Shown here: in pieces, positions 12,901 through 26,261 of the stretch | Layout: the number at the start of each line of letters is the position of its first letter | How positions within the stretch are numbered: the first letter of the stretch is position 1 | Source of the DNA: Octopus sinensis | Taxonomy: Eukaryota | Assembly (NCBI RefSeq): GCF_006345805.1 | Contig: NC_043010.1 | Coordinates: 41,602,001 to 41,666,000, forward strand | Direction: 5' to 3' | Length of the DNA: 64,000 nt | The notes under the pieces: model-generated | Told to the model about the DNA's origin: nothing | The model's database searches: none | What the model saw: only the letters and a program-made list of their open reading frames with translations | Position numbers and translations under genes: made by a program

Positions 12901-13897
12901 GGGTCAAATAGCCAGCTAGAAACGATGTTTTCTGGGGTCAATAAACAGTAACAACGTCCCTTACAAGACAGCCATTAAATTTTACTTTATATATATATGT
13001 ATATAGTCATGCTTTTGGTATTTATGCGTGCAAACATGACAGATGTGTGTTACTGTGGTTGCAACAACGTCGCAGGGAAGGCGGGGTCGAGTGGAAATTT
13101 TACATTGGATCGAGGTTCAGTGGTGTTAGGAGGATAAAAAAGGAAAAGTATACTTACGTAGACGGATGTGTGTGTGCACACAACCATGTATATGGACGAG
13201 CGTAGGGAGTTACAGGGGATGCATAAGGCTGGAAACTCAGCCTATGTTCTGCATAAGCATCAGAAACCCTATCCTTGGTTGTGGGGCAGCCAGTGATTTG
13301 AAGTTTACAAGGAGGGTGTACCTCTGATGGCAGCAATAAGATAGTTCATATTTCCTGTTGAAAGGCAGGATGTGCCTAGAGGGCAGCTTGTAGGGTTTTA
13401 GCAATTACAGAGTGGAACGGAAATTGTAGGTGCATGTTCATGCAGTGGGACTGAACTTGAAACCTCATGGTAGGGAAGCAAACTTCCTACCACACAGCCA
13501 CACCAACAAATTTTAGTAAATTTACTAAAATTATGAAAATTAAAATGTAGAAAACATATTTGAGTGAAATGTCTTTATTAATGCTTTAAATGAAAGTTTA
13601 GAAAAATAGAAATATTGACAGGAAGGAACAATATGTAAGTAATAGTGTTATAATATCACTACCAAGATAGCCAGTTAGACTTGCTGCAACATGAGTTTGT
13701 AATTATCATAAGAAAAATTCTTTTTCTGATAATATAGTAAATGTATTTTGAACACTATCAATGCAGTGAAATGTATATAAATAGCAATGGTAAAACAGCT
13801 GGGTATAATTGGAAGCCTCTTGAATGTATGCACATTTCTCCTTTCAATTTATATATATATATATATTTTAATAATTAGAACAGTTCAAGGCAGAAAA

Positions 13898-14125
13898 TTA
13901 GCAGACTCATTAGCATATTTAGTAAAATGGTTAGCTTTATTTTGTCCGTCTTTATGTTCTGAGTTCAAATGCTGCTGAGACTGACTTTGCCTTTCATCCT
14001 TTCAGGGTTGTTAAAATAAGTACTAGTTTAGTACTGGGGTCAACAGTACTAAAGAGAGACTTACCCTCTCCCCCTAACTTGCTGGCTGTATGCCAAAACT
14101 GGAAATCAATAATGAAATTAGTTAT
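13898..14125 (+). mobile_element. Nin/Deu-domain-type tRNA SINE, diverged
   Basis: ACTTTGCCTTTCATCCTTTC.GGGT..AAAATAAGTAC core. Confidence 0.7.
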
Positions 14126-15035
14126 AAATCTTAGCTATAATAATTTATTATAATTATTACTTCACTCATTTCACGAATCTTGAAAAGATAAAAGGCTAAA
14201 CTGAATCATTTAATAGTCATGGAAATATATACACACACACACACAACATTAAAGGCCTAAATTTTACATAATCCATAGTTTAATTGTTTCATTATGATAA
14301 GCATCATGCAATGCATGACTGAATTAAATAAAATTCAATCAAGTCATGTTATGTTACTGGGTTAAATACATTGAGGCAGAAAAAAAAAAACTCTGAGGTA
14401 ATTCAGTGCTTTGTGATACTAGAGAAAAAAAAGAAAACTTCTTATTTAACCTCAATAATTATGAGTTTTCTATATCCCCAATACTCCTTAAGAAAGTCCT
14501 TATCTTCACTAGAAAGATCTCCCCTTTAAGCATGACAGACTGGTATTATTTTAGCTGTTAAGAGTGCAATTCTATCCTGCAATGTTAATTATTGGAATTG
14601 AAAATTTGGATATAATTTTGATATCACTCACTATGAGCTAACCAAACTCAGCTCAGATAATTTAGATGGATTATTTATCTTATTTGAACTAGAAGCAAAT
14701 TTTTGTGATTAGGCAGCAACTACATGATGACTCTCTCTCTCTTCACAATCACCAACTAATCTCTTTCTGAATTAGAAAATCTTTACTTAAATTTTTTTTT
14801 TTAAAATTATGATTTATGTATCATCATTGAAAAAAGTATTAAAATTGAAAAGTTCCTTGATCTGACAGTTTAAAATTTTATTTTTATTACCCCTCTCATA
14901 AATATAACGAAACTTTATATTACATATATATATATAAACATCTATTTATCCTAGATCCACAATAACTAGTTTAGCTAGAAAAATTTTAGAATGTTTTTAA
15001 TCTTTTAGCTAAGGAAAAAAAAAGGTGGAGGCACA

Positions 15036-15235
15036 TGGCTTAGTGGTTAGGGTGTTGGACTCATGATTGTAAGATTATGGTTTCAGTTCTTGGACTAAGT
15101 GATGCATTGTGTTCTTGAGTAAAATATTTCATTTCATGTTGTTTCAGTCCACTCAAAAATGAGTATTTCCTGGGATGGATTGACATCCCATACAGGGGGA
15201 GAAATATATGCACCATGAGTCTCTATGACTCAGGA
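15036..15235 (+). mobile_element. Third tRNA-derived SINE family, diverged
   Basis: A-box-like TGGCTTAGTGG; related minus-strand copy at about 24145-24455. Confidence 0.55.
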
Positions 15236-15389
15236 AAATTTTTTATCCTTTATCCTAATGAAAAAAATCTTTAATGATAACTCAACTTACTATTAATGTT
15301 CTAATACAAAGTGGAGATGACAAAGTTAATAAAATATATCTGTAATGCAAAATTTCCAACAAAAATACAGTAAAGATTTCTTATTCGAC

Positions 15390-15738
15390 TTACTCTTTTA
15401 CTTGTTTCAGTCATTTGACTGCAGCCATGCTGGAGCACCGCCTTTAATCGAGCAACTCAACCCCGGGACTTATTCTTTGTAAGCCCAGTACTTATTCTAT
15501 CAGTCTCTTTTGCTGAACCGCTAAGTGACGGGGACATAAACACAGACACACAAACATACACGCACACATATATACGACGGGCTTCTTTCAGTTTCCATCT
15601 ACCAAATCCACTCACAAGGCTTTGGTTGACCCGAGGCTATAGTAGAAGACACTTGCCCAATGTGCCATGCAGTGGGACTGAACCCGGAACCATGTGGTTG
15701 GTAAACAAGCTACTTACCACACAGCCACTCCTGTGCCT
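15390..15738 (-). mobile_element. CORE-type SINE
   Basis: Reverse complement of the 9814-10211 family. Confidence 0.9.
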
Positions 15739-15779
15739 AATTTCAAACAGATTATTGCTTCTTCTAATGCACACAAGCT

Positions 15780-16530
15780 AAATAAACTAGTGAACACCTT
15801 TCTACCAAGAACAGCAATCTCAGTAACATCAATAATTTACCACTCAACAAGAACTGTTTAGCTAGTACAGTCTATAAATTTACTGTTGACAAATCTTTAT
15901 CCAGAGTCTATATTGGTATGACTTCAAACTTGTTCATATATAATCTAATTTGCACAGCAATTCCTTTAGACATTGCAACAGAGCTATCCAAACATCACTA
16001 GCTAAATATATCCATGCCATAAAAAGTAAATCTTTTCCTTATAACATCTAGTGGAATATCCTCACCAGAGCTAGACCCAATTCTGAAAAACCATGTGATT
16101 TTTGCGTATATGAAAGCTTGGAAATATTCTCTAAAAACAATTTTTTAAATAAAATAAACTCCATCTTGCATTCATAGAAAGCACCACAACCACTGCCCCT
16201 TGTCCTTGAGATCACTCTTTAATTGGCATGATTTCCATTACCATTTTTGCCAACAATCATCCATGCTTTCATTACTAACATTTGTTGCTTTTTACTGACA
16301 TCCATCACACTCTTATCGCTGACAATTCCAACAGTTACTCTCACCACTTGCACTTAATTTTTGACTGGCAAATATGTAGCTGCCATTTACACCATGCCAT
16401 CTTTATTTCCCTTTTTACAAATTTTCTTTATTACTACTCATTATTCTCTAGCACTAGCTCTCCAGTTTCTCACCCCTATTGTCAATGCTTTCCTTCTCTC
16501 CCTCTCATTCAAGTCAATGTAGAGCAGTGA
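15780..16530 (+). mobile_element. Penelope-like element GIY-YIG endonuclease fragment and pyrimidine-rich 3' region
   Basis: Frameshifted translation PLNKNCLAS..KFTVDKSLSRVYIGMTS..ELSKH..YNI.WNILTRARP..KPCD matches the PLE GIY-YIG layout. Confidence 0.7.
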
Positions 16531-16715
16531 AGATCCTGGTACAAGTACAAATATTACAATAAAGTACATTCAGAAAACTGTGAAGTGGTGGATGAACAAC
16601 GGAGACATTGTATAGCAAAGAAGATAGTCTTGTCTTGTCAAGAGCTTAACAGCTTTTCTAGTGTTAGTGCCAGGAAAAAATGCACCTGGTACATTCAGTA
16701 AAGTGTCTGGTAAGG

Positions 16716-16950
16716 GCGGCAAGCTGGCAGAAACGTTAGCATGCCGGGCGAAGTGCTTAGCGGTATTTCGTCTGTCGTTACGCTGTGAGTTCAAATTCCG
16801 CCAAGGTCGACTTTGCCTTTCATCCTTTCGGGGTCGATAAATTAAGCACCAGTTACGCACTGGGGTCAATGTAATCGACTTAATAACTATGTCTGTCCTT
16901 GTTTGTCCCCTCTGTGTTTAGCCCCTTGTTGGTAATAAAGAAATAGGTAT
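16716..16950 (+). mobile_element. Nin/Deu-domain-type tRNA SINE
   Basis: Head GGCAAGCTGGCAGAAACGTTAGC, B-box GAGTTCAAATTCC, core GGTCGACTTTGCCTTTCATCCTTTCGGGGTCGATAAATTAAG. Confidence 0.85.
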
Positions 16951-17744
16951 TAAATAAAGCATCCAATAGAAATGCTCAAATGAAAATGAATGAGTGAAGC
17001 ATAGTTTTTGGTCATTCCTTGGAGAGAAGTAACTCCAAATAAGGGCTGACACAAACATTGATAACCTGTTCAACCCATGCCAGCATGGAAAGCAGATATA
17101 AAAAGGATGATGATGATGGTATATTTTATATGTCCCAGATTCTTGATTAAGCATTTTCCCAAGCTATTCTTCCCCAGGGTTGAAGCTTCCATTTACTGCC
17201 TTAATGTTTTCAGTTTGAGTGAGCTATTAAATAAAGTCTTAGGCACTGTCCTTACTCCCACGACTAATTGTTACAAAATAAATAATAAATACATATTTTT
17301 TTAGACGTGAGAACTGACGAATAAGTTGAAATCCATATTTTTTCAAAGTTAGAACCATTTTGTTCAAATAGGCTATTAATGCTTTTGCAAGAAGACAAGA
17401 ACATTACTGAATCATGTTTCCTTCTTGTAAACATTGCAAGAAACAATCATTACTTGTGAGAAATTATTGTCATTATTATTATTATCACTGAGTTCTGATA
17501 TAAGCACAAAGCTTATTATTACTATTGTTATAGTGGTTATATGTTGATATTTTCATGTTGATTTACCTTTGGTTCATTATAAGCATAAATTTTTGTATCA
17601 ATGCAGAATAGCTTGAAAAGTTAACAAAAAATGTAAGGTTCATACTTCATACACTCAATCCCAATATCCAGCTGTTACTTATTAACTAACAGAGAAGATG
17701 AATGATTACAAAGAAGAAATTCTTTCTACTATAGGCATAAGGCC

Positions 17745-18150
17745 AGAAATATCGGGAGACAGGGCAAGACAATTACACTGACCCCAGTACTCAACTGGTA
17801 CTTATTTTACGCTGGGCGAAATGCGTAGCCATATTTCGACTGCTGCTATGTTCTGAGTTCAAATTCCGCCAAGGTCGACTTTGCCTTTCATCCTTTTGGG
17901 GTCGATAAATTAAGTACCAGTTATGCACTGGGGTCGATGTAATCGACTTGATCCGTTTGTCTGTCCTTGTTTGTCCCTTCTGTGTTTAGCCCCTTGTGGG
18001 TAGTAAAGAAATAGGTACTTATTTTATCAATCCTGAAAGGAAGAAAGGCAAAGTTGACCTCGGCAGAATTTAAACTCAATGCTAAGATGGATGATATGCT
18101 GCTGAGCAATTCGCCTGGTGTGCTAACGATTCTGCCAGCTCAATGCCACC
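17745..18150. mobile_element. Young plus-strand Nin-type SINE (17809-18013) nested in an older minus-strand copy of the same family
   Basis: 12-bp target-site duplication ggtacttatttt at 17797-17808 and 18014-18025. Confidence 0.85.
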
Positions 18151-19394
18151 TTAGGATAACTAATAAAATATGACAAGTGTGGTGCTGGCAAACAACAGTT
18201 ACAACCCCTTTACTTTTAATCACTTTGTGAAAGCTTTTACAAATGTCCAGAGATAGAGTGTTTTAAAAAGAAACAAAATTATTAAAAAATTGTTTCACTT
18301 CTCCTTTTTGAACACCTTCACATAGCATGGAGACAAGGATATTGATGTTGTCTTTCAGCTTGTAATTTCTTCTCACACTAAATCAGAGTCCATGAATGAA
18401 TATTGGGGAAGGTTACAGCTTCTTTTGTATCTTATTACTTTTGAGAACTTCTTTCAAAGGTTTGTTGTTGTTGTTGTTTAATCCCAGCGCAAACCTTACT
18501 GTGTTGATCAATGATCAAAGATATTCTAGCCTTAATCAGTGTCTCAGGACACTATGCGATGTGTTTCTTCACTATCCATAATTCAAAACTTGTTTTTTTT
18601 CAAACTAAGCATTTCCAGTTTGTTCCTGATATTTTTATTTTGATTGTTATGCAAAATTAATAGAGTACTCAGAAAAATGTTGTGAGTACAAATTTTCTGA
18701 AAGCCAACTTGCTTTCCATCACTTCCAGGTTTATACAGGAGTTGAGAAATATATTAGGAAATCTCTCAAGGTGACTGTACTCTCATATATAAATTTGCAG
18801 TCTTTTCTGAAGTAAGGTATTAATATTTTAGTTGCTATCGCTTTAACTGTTGTAAATAGTTCTATGTAATAGGAAGAGAAAAAATATTGAAATATCTCAA
18901 TGCTCTTTTTTTAAAATTTAATGATGCATAATATTAGGTTAAACATATGATCAATGAGGTTCCATCTGTGACCATCTGTCTGAATATTTAAGACGACAAT
19001 GTAGTCAATATAAATAATCCCTGATGGTATCCTTTTTCATTTCAGGTGGTAGGATATGATGTAAGGGCAATTTGAGTATAATTTCAAGCAATGAATACAT
19101 AGATGTTCCTCTCGCTGGTTGGCACAATATAATGAAGTAATGTGTGAAGGTGATTAGTATAGTGTAAGAGTGGAGAAATGTAGTAAAATACATTTTAGTA
19201 TGTGCTTAGAATAATCAAAATAATTTCAGACTTGAATGGATATTTGAATTGAATGAAACAAATGAAAAAAAACCAAGTTACTAATATTAATTATTTCCTC
19301 ATTTCTGGGACAAGGTCCAACATTAGTTGATAGAATCAAACTTAGCACATGCTTGGTATTTATTTTGTTGATGCTAGAAATATAAAGTTAACAC

Positions 19395-19560
19395 TGCTAC
19401 ACTCTCGGAGTGGTTGGTGTTAGGAAGGGCATCCAGCTGTAGAAACTCTGCCAAATCAAGACTGGAGCCTGGTGCAGCCATCTGGTTCGCCAGTCCTCAG
19501 TCAAAATCGTCCAACCCATGCTAGCATGGAAAGCGGGCGTTAAACGATGATGATGATGAT
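19395..19560 (+). mobile_element. (GAT)n-tailed retroposon 3' end
   Basis: Same family. Confidence 0.85.
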
Positions 19561-19564
19561 GGCT

Positions 19565-20500
19565 GACAGCTCAGAATCAAGGGTTGAAGGAAGAACAGCA
19601 ACAGCTGAGAAGAGCTCAGTGTGGTTATGGGTGAAAAGGAATGGAATACAGAAAGCTGCTAACTGTAGGCGGAAAGAAAGTGCAAGTCTGTGTGGTGTTC
19701 TTTGCCGCTTAGCAATAAGCTCACTCAACGGTTCCGAGTTTAATCCCCATTAAAGGTGCATTTCAAAACAGTAGGACATTGAGGAGTCATGACAGGAATG
19801 AATGGGCCAACGGAGTTCTTTCTCTGAAGATTTCTCCTGTTAGCCCCATAAGTTTCCATTTACTAAACTCATAAACTTCTTTTCCCTATGTCACATCAAA
19901 ATCCATAAATGAATACTGTGGAAGATTTTAACTTCTTTTGTAGCCAATTACATGCAAAGACATTTTGGTTGTTGTTCTTTAACACACTTCAGTCTTGGTT
20001 GCATAGACTAATGACCAAAGACATTCTAGCCTTAACTATTGTGCTTTTTCAAGGTTATTTAGGACTGTATCATCAAATGCCTTCTTTCTTTTTGAAGACA
20101 GTAGAAGTATTGTTTAAAGGAATTTAGCTGCTATTTTAAGCAGATTAAGTGACCATGAAGAGGCTGGCTCCCTCGTGTCTGTACTTGTGAGAAGAGAAAC
20201 GGCATAAGCCATCTCAGCATTGAGAAATAGAAAATATCCATATTTTTACAATTTGGACCATGGTGCCCTATATTCTTGCTGTCACAAACCATAATTCAGA
20301 TTGCTATCTTTCTTCATAAAAACATACAAATCAATACACAGGTTTTTATTTTTAGACTTTAATTTTATGCCAGATTGGTTGATGAATACTTTCCTGTTGT
20401 TATATAGTGCTTTGTCTACTCCTTTTCTGCAGTCAAAAAGGTAGCATACTGGACTAAAAACTTTACAGAAAATAATTTCATCATTGGGGGTAATCTTCTA
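19565..20500 (-). mobile_element. Heavily decayed coding-like repeat, probably a LINE
   Basis: Coding-like composition with stops in all frames; no diagnostic motif recovered. Confidence 0.25.
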
Positions 20501-21326
20501 TCTGGACAGCTCCTGTCAACTGTCCTACCCATGCATGCATGGAAGACTGACATTAAAAGGAGATGACGATGATGATGATGATGATGATGCTGATGATGAT
20601 ATGCTATAAGTTCAAGTGCTGCTAAAACTGATTTTGTCTTTCATTCTTAAGAAATGATGAAATAAGTGCTAAGCATGAAATGAGATCATGAAAATCAATT
20701 ACACTCCTTCCTATACTCTTTCACTTGTGCCAATGTATTAAAACTGATAAAAATAAGTGAAACCTTGATGCCAAATTCAGAACTTGGCACAAGGATAATT
20801 TTAAAATGTATACACAGAAAATGAGACAGTAACGCAAGAATAGTTAAGTGAAGGCACTTGCTTTGTAAAACTGCAAGCAATGTTCATCATCATACAGCTG
20901 ACTTGCACAGAATCAATATTCAGGTGGTTTTTTTACCAAAACTATCGTAAGGATAAATTTATATCTAAAAATGACCTGTCTAAGTGTGTGTAAAGAGAGA
21001 TAAAGAAAAGATGCTGGACATTTTGTATTCTGGTAAATGGTGAAATATAACTTGAAGTTGGTGGTAGTGCTTTTGAACAATGATTGCCATCACTAACAGC
21101 ACCAACATGCCATTGAAAACATCTGTTTCACAGAAGAGTGAAAGTCAAAATGCACCCAATATTTTCAAGGTTGTGTGATAGTCACGTATTCATTATCCCG
21201 ATTCCTGAAAGCAAAAGAAAAAAATATTTTAATATGCAGTAAGTTGAAAAAAGTATAAGAAAAAGACAATTTTGCTGTTATTTTAAAAGTTTATCACCAT
21301 TTTTATTTTTAGAAAATTGAAGCTGA

Positions 21327-21657
21327 GCGTGATCATTACCAACGTCGCTTCATGCACCATTTGTGCATGATCGTTACCAACGTTGCTTCACTGGCACCTG
21401 TGCTGGTGACACGTATAAAAAGATTCGAGAGAGGTCATTGCCAGTACTGCCTGACTGGACCCCGGGCCGGTGGCACATAAAAGGCACCCACTACACTCTT
21501 GGAGTGGTTGGCATTAGGAAGGGCATCCAGCAGAAGAAACTCTGCCAGATCAAGATTGGAGACTGGTGCAGCCATCTGGTTTGCCAGCCCTCAGTCAAAA
21601 TCGTCCAACCCATGCTAGCATGGAAAGCGGACATTAAACGATGATGATGATGATGAT
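21327..21657 (+). mobile_element. (GAT)n-tailed retroposon
   Basis: Same family. Confidence 0.85.
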
Positions 21658-21726
21658 ATACATACAAGATATTATTTAACTATCCTTGTTTTAGTTTCCT
21701 AATTTTATCAGTGAAACTATTATTTA

Positions 21727-23615
21727 CTAGTGTATCCATGCCATCAGAAATGATGGCATGAAAATGATATGGAAAATAAAATTAAAATAAAAACATTACA
21801 ATCTTTATCCCAGTAACTGCTTCAACACCATGTTTCTAGTGAAAACCCTACCAGCAATGAGTTCGCATTGTTTTCGATGGTCCTTTACCAACATTTTAAT
21901 GTTATTATAACTTCTACTTCTATTCAATGCAACATAAAGTTGTCCATGGCTGAATACTGGTGATGGTAGGATGATACCAACATTATTGAAGTTCTGCCCT
22001 TGTGATTTGTTTATAGTCATTGCAAATGCTGGGATAACAGGAAGCTGTTGTCTACTCATACTAAAGGGAAGGATTGTCTCACTGTCATTGTCTGCGCTTC
22101 CATACAGTAGCCTGCTTATCGAATACATAACTGTACAGAATATCCGAATAATGCAAGTTCCATGCATTTTCATTTGTTTGATTCAGAAGATACCAAGCTG
22201 TTAGTGGTGTGTTCTTCTATGTTGTTCTCTCAAGTGCCTGTTTCTCTTGACCCTCCTCAAATTATTTAAGTTGCTCTTTTGGCTGATGGACAGGCAGACA
22301 AATAACTGAATGAGATCTGTCATGCATTTTATTCTCAAGCAGGTGCCACATAATTTCAGGAGCACTCACATACCTACCATTTACATAGTTGCATACTTCA
22401 TCATGCTCAATATTTCAACATAAATGTGAGCAATGAATTTATGGCAGAGATATTTATTGTAGGGCACCACATATCAGTTGTCTATTGCATGGTTGTGAAC
22501 TCAAACTAATGCCCCTCAACATCGTCTGTACAATGGATAACCATTTGGGTTTATCCATGTCTCTTGTTGATACTCCTTTGGAAATTCTTTAATTTCTTGT
22601 TATTTTCTATGCAGGGAGCAATAGGGTTGAGATCATAGGGCCCATGGATCATGCACCTTTTCACTGTTTCATGAAGTAATGGTTCAGTGACAGGATCCGG
22701 AATCTTGTCACAGACAATTTGATCAATTTTTTTTAAGATCATCCAATTTATCATCAGGGTGCAAAATGATCAACAGATGGGCATGTGGTAAGCCCTTCAT
22801 TTGAAATTCAATGGTGTAGCAGTAAGCAATGACTCGTCCAAATATATGTTTCTTAGTGATGTCATTCAAGAGTTCATGCAGCTTTATACTGAATATATGG
22901 GCCACCAAGTCCGGTCTGTGTGATGAAGTTTGGCTGGGAAGTAAATTCTCTAATTTCTTGCCAATTAGGATTGCATGTTATTGTGAGGAAGATATCAGGA
23001 GGACCATATATGCGCACAATTGCCATGGCGTCTTGATAGCGCTCATGCATATTCCTAGGAGAACCTTGAAATGATGAAGGTAAGATAACTGTGTATCCTA
23101 CTAGAGCATTTGCAGCATTCCGTAAATGATCAGCAAGACCATGGTACTGTTCAACTTTCAACCTGTGTTGATGGTTCTTCACAAAATTTATATTGTTACT
23201 TTAGACTTGCAGGTAAGAGTCTATTGCCCATTGCTGGAAGAGCTTCATGGATAACTGGGTTGAACTAACCATCTCTAACTGCTGCAAGAGATACTTTATG
23301 TTGAAGCATTGTAACATCTTGCCTTGAGTTTGCTCTATTTTATTATCAATAATATGTGGTTGCCAGCCTGGCTCTCTTTATGGAAAGAACAATACATACG
23401 TTATTGGGTTGAGGTTGGGGCTAAGAATGTTCAGACTGATCACAGGGACTTCACTGTTTCTTGGATAAATCTTGAAATCTCTGTTGAATGGTGACTTGCC
23501 GTCAGTATTGCTGAAGACCATAGCTATTTCATTAACTGTTGGTCTATTATATTCCCGCTCATAATAAATAGATTCAGCTCAGAACACATCTGTAACAAAA
23601 TTAAGCCATTGCTGT
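21727..23615 (-). mobile_element. Helitron RepHel pseudogene, internally deleted, intact 3' terminus
   Basis: Helitron_like_N region (VILPSSFQGSPRNMHERYQDAMAIVR..PDIFLTITCNPNW), HUH motif (EFQMKGLPHAH), Pif1 C-terminus (PAFAMTINKSQGQ..VFSHGQLYVAL.R); 3' hairpin catgccatca-gaaa-tgatggcatg (21737-21760) then CTAG|T at 21727. Confidence 0.92.
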
Positions 23616-23619
23616 TACG

Positions 23620-23745
23620 ATTTCCCACGCCGTGTCTTCCAATCACACCCCATGTCTCATGATCTTTACCAACTCTAGCATTAAAATCGCCTAATATGAT
23701 AATTTTATCCTTGTGTGGAATTTTGTCGATATTTTTTCATAGATG
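23620..23745 (-). mobile_element. RTE/L2-type endonuclease fragment
   Basis: IDKIPHKDKIIILGDFNARVGKDHETW.VIGRHGVG (GDFNA motif). Confidence 0.65.
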
Positions 23746-23924
23746 CATACTCACATATACACACACACAAATACATATTCACAAACATATATCTATACAC
23801 ACACACACACACACACAATTGATAATGCAATATGCAAACTACTATATACTTAAATGTATATTTATATACACAAGTCAACATGTGCACACACACACAAATA
23901 TATACATGCATACACACACACATG

Positions 23925-24115
23925 GGTGCTGGTACCATGTAAAAAGCATCCAGTACACTCTGTAAAATAGTTAGCATTAGGAATGGCATGGCATCCAGCT
24001 GTAGAAACCACGCCAAAACAGACAATTAGAGCCCTGTACAGCTCTCTGGCTCGCCAGTTCCTGTCAAACTGTCCAACCCATGCCAGCATGGAAAACAGGT
24101 GATGATGACGATGGC
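23925..24115 (+). mobile_element. (GAT)n-tailed retroposon, diverged
   Basis: Same family. Confidence 0.75.
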
Positions 24116-24144
24116 ACCTATACATAAACACACATAGCTTAACT

Positions 24145-24455
24145 GGCATTTTGTAGGTTATGACAATGAATGTTCCAGTTGATCTGATCGACAGAACAAG
24201 CTGGTCGTGAAATTGATGTGCAAGTGGATGAGCATCAGCCGGACATGTGTTCCCTTAATGTAGTTCCCAGGGAGATTCAGTATGACACGATGTGAAAAGG
24301 CTGGCCCTTCAAAATACAGGTACTACTAATTTTTGCCAGTTCAGTGAAATGGAACAATGTGAAATAAAGTGTCTTACTCAAAGACACAATGTGCCACCAG
24401 GAAATGAACTCATGACCTTTGGATCATGAGCTGAATACCATATCCATTAAGCCAT
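24145..24455 (-). mobile_element. tRNA-derived SINE (same head type as 15036-15235)
   Basis: Minus strand begins ATGGCTTAATGG..GAGTTCATTTCC. Confidence 0.55.
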
Positions 24456-24562
24456 AATTCATCATCATCGTTTAATGTCCGCTTTCCATGCTAGCATGGG
24501 TGAACAAACACATAGATATATACATACACCCACATAAATATACATACATACATTTATATGTA

Positions 24563-24969
24563 TTCTCTTTTTCTCTTTTTACTTGTTTCAGTCATTTTGA
24601 CTGCAGCCATGCTGGAGCACCACCTTTAATCGAGCAATTCGACCCCGGGACTTATTCTTTGTAAGCCCAGTACTTATTCTATCGGTCCCTTTTGCCGAAC
24701 CGCTAAGTTACGGGGACATAACCACACCAGCATCGGTTGTCAAGCAATGTTAGGGGGACAAACACAGACACACAAACATACACGCACATACATATATATA
24801 TACATGTATACGACGGGCTTCTTTCAGTTTCCGTCTACCAAATCCACTCACAAGGCTTTGGTCGGCCCGCGGCTATAGTAGAAGACACTTGCCCAAGGTG
24901 CCACGCAGTGGGACTGAAGCCGGAACCATGTGGTTGGTAAAAAAGCTACTTACCACACAGCCACTCCTG
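24563..24969 (-). mobile_element. CORE-type SINE
   Basis: Same family. Confidence 0.9.
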
Positions 24970-25394
24970 GGATTACCCTAGTTTCCACATTCTTAAAGTG
25001 CTTACACACATCCATGTACCCATGCAACTATACTCACACATAAATATACATAGAAAAAAAATTTACCATTCATTTAGTTGTATGCATATACACATACACA
25101 AGTGTGAGTGCATGTATGTATAAACATAATGTACCAGGTGTGTGTTATTTATTCATATTGTACTTATATCTCTTCTTATAGGATGTGATTGTTCTGGATA
25201 GTTTGTGTAAACAATTTGTGACTGTTTCTTTTTTGTTATTATGGTTTTTTTTTTTAAATTTTAGATCATTAAAATATTCAGAAAGCAATATCGTATGAGT
25301 GCCTCTTGAGTCAGAGATAGAATTTTTATGTGAACTGATTTTCTTTTTTATTCAATTCACACATGGATGCACATGTCAATTGAATAGATATGTG

Positions 25395-25605
25395 CATTTT
25401 GACTGCGGCCATGCTGGAGCACCACCTTTAATCGAGCAACTCGACCCCGGGACTTATTCTTAGTAAGCCCAGTACTTATTCTATCGGTCTCTTTTGCCGA
25501 ACCGCTAAGTTACGAGGACATAACCACACCAGCATCGGTTGTCAAGCAATGTTAGGGGGACAAACACAGACACACAACACACACACACACACATACACAT
25601 ATATA

Positions 25606-25662
<57 letters not shown>

Positions 25663-25760
25663 TACGACGGGCTTCTTTCAGTTTCCATCTACCAAATCCA
25701 CTCACAAGGCTTTGGTCGGCCCGAGGCTATAGTAGAAGACACTTGCCCAAGGTGCCACGC
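25395..25760 (-). mobile_element. CORE-type SINE truncated at both ends, flanked by 71-bp direct repeats
   Basis: Lacks tRNA head and tail; flanking repeats at 25322-25392 and 25761-25831. Confidence 0.85.
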
Positions 25761-26261
25761 ATTTTTATGTGAACTGATTTTCTTTTTTATTCACTTCACA
25801 CATAGATGCACATGTCAATTGAATAGATATGATTGTGAAACAGAGATGTCATAAGTGTGTGTAGGCACTAGGAATTGTAGGTGCGTTTATGTTTTCTCAT
25901 GACTGTATATGTTCATATGGGTAGCATGTGGAACTTTAATTGAAGTGTGTGTGTGTGTGTGTGTGTGTGTTAGTATGCATGATGTAGATAAGTGTGTCCA
26001 TGTGTTAGCAGAGTGTATGTGTACACTGCTTAATGTGCTGGTGCGTACTCTGATGTGTATAAATATATATATATGCACGTATATATGTTCTTGACATCAT
26101 AAAAATTTTATGAACTTTTGAGTGAATGTGACATAATTCTTATTTAGAATAATATATTTCAAAGCACACACATAAAGCTATAAATAATAGCATGTGAATA
26201 ATGGGTTGAAAAACCCTTTTGAATAGAAAAAGGTGGACAGCTGCACACATGCTAATATTCT

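Noticed and set aside
19008-19125. Possible downstream exon of the minus-strand gene (ccaaccag acceptor)
   Set aside because: The phase-2 reading needed after the 29673 donor stops within 10 codons; there is no independent support.
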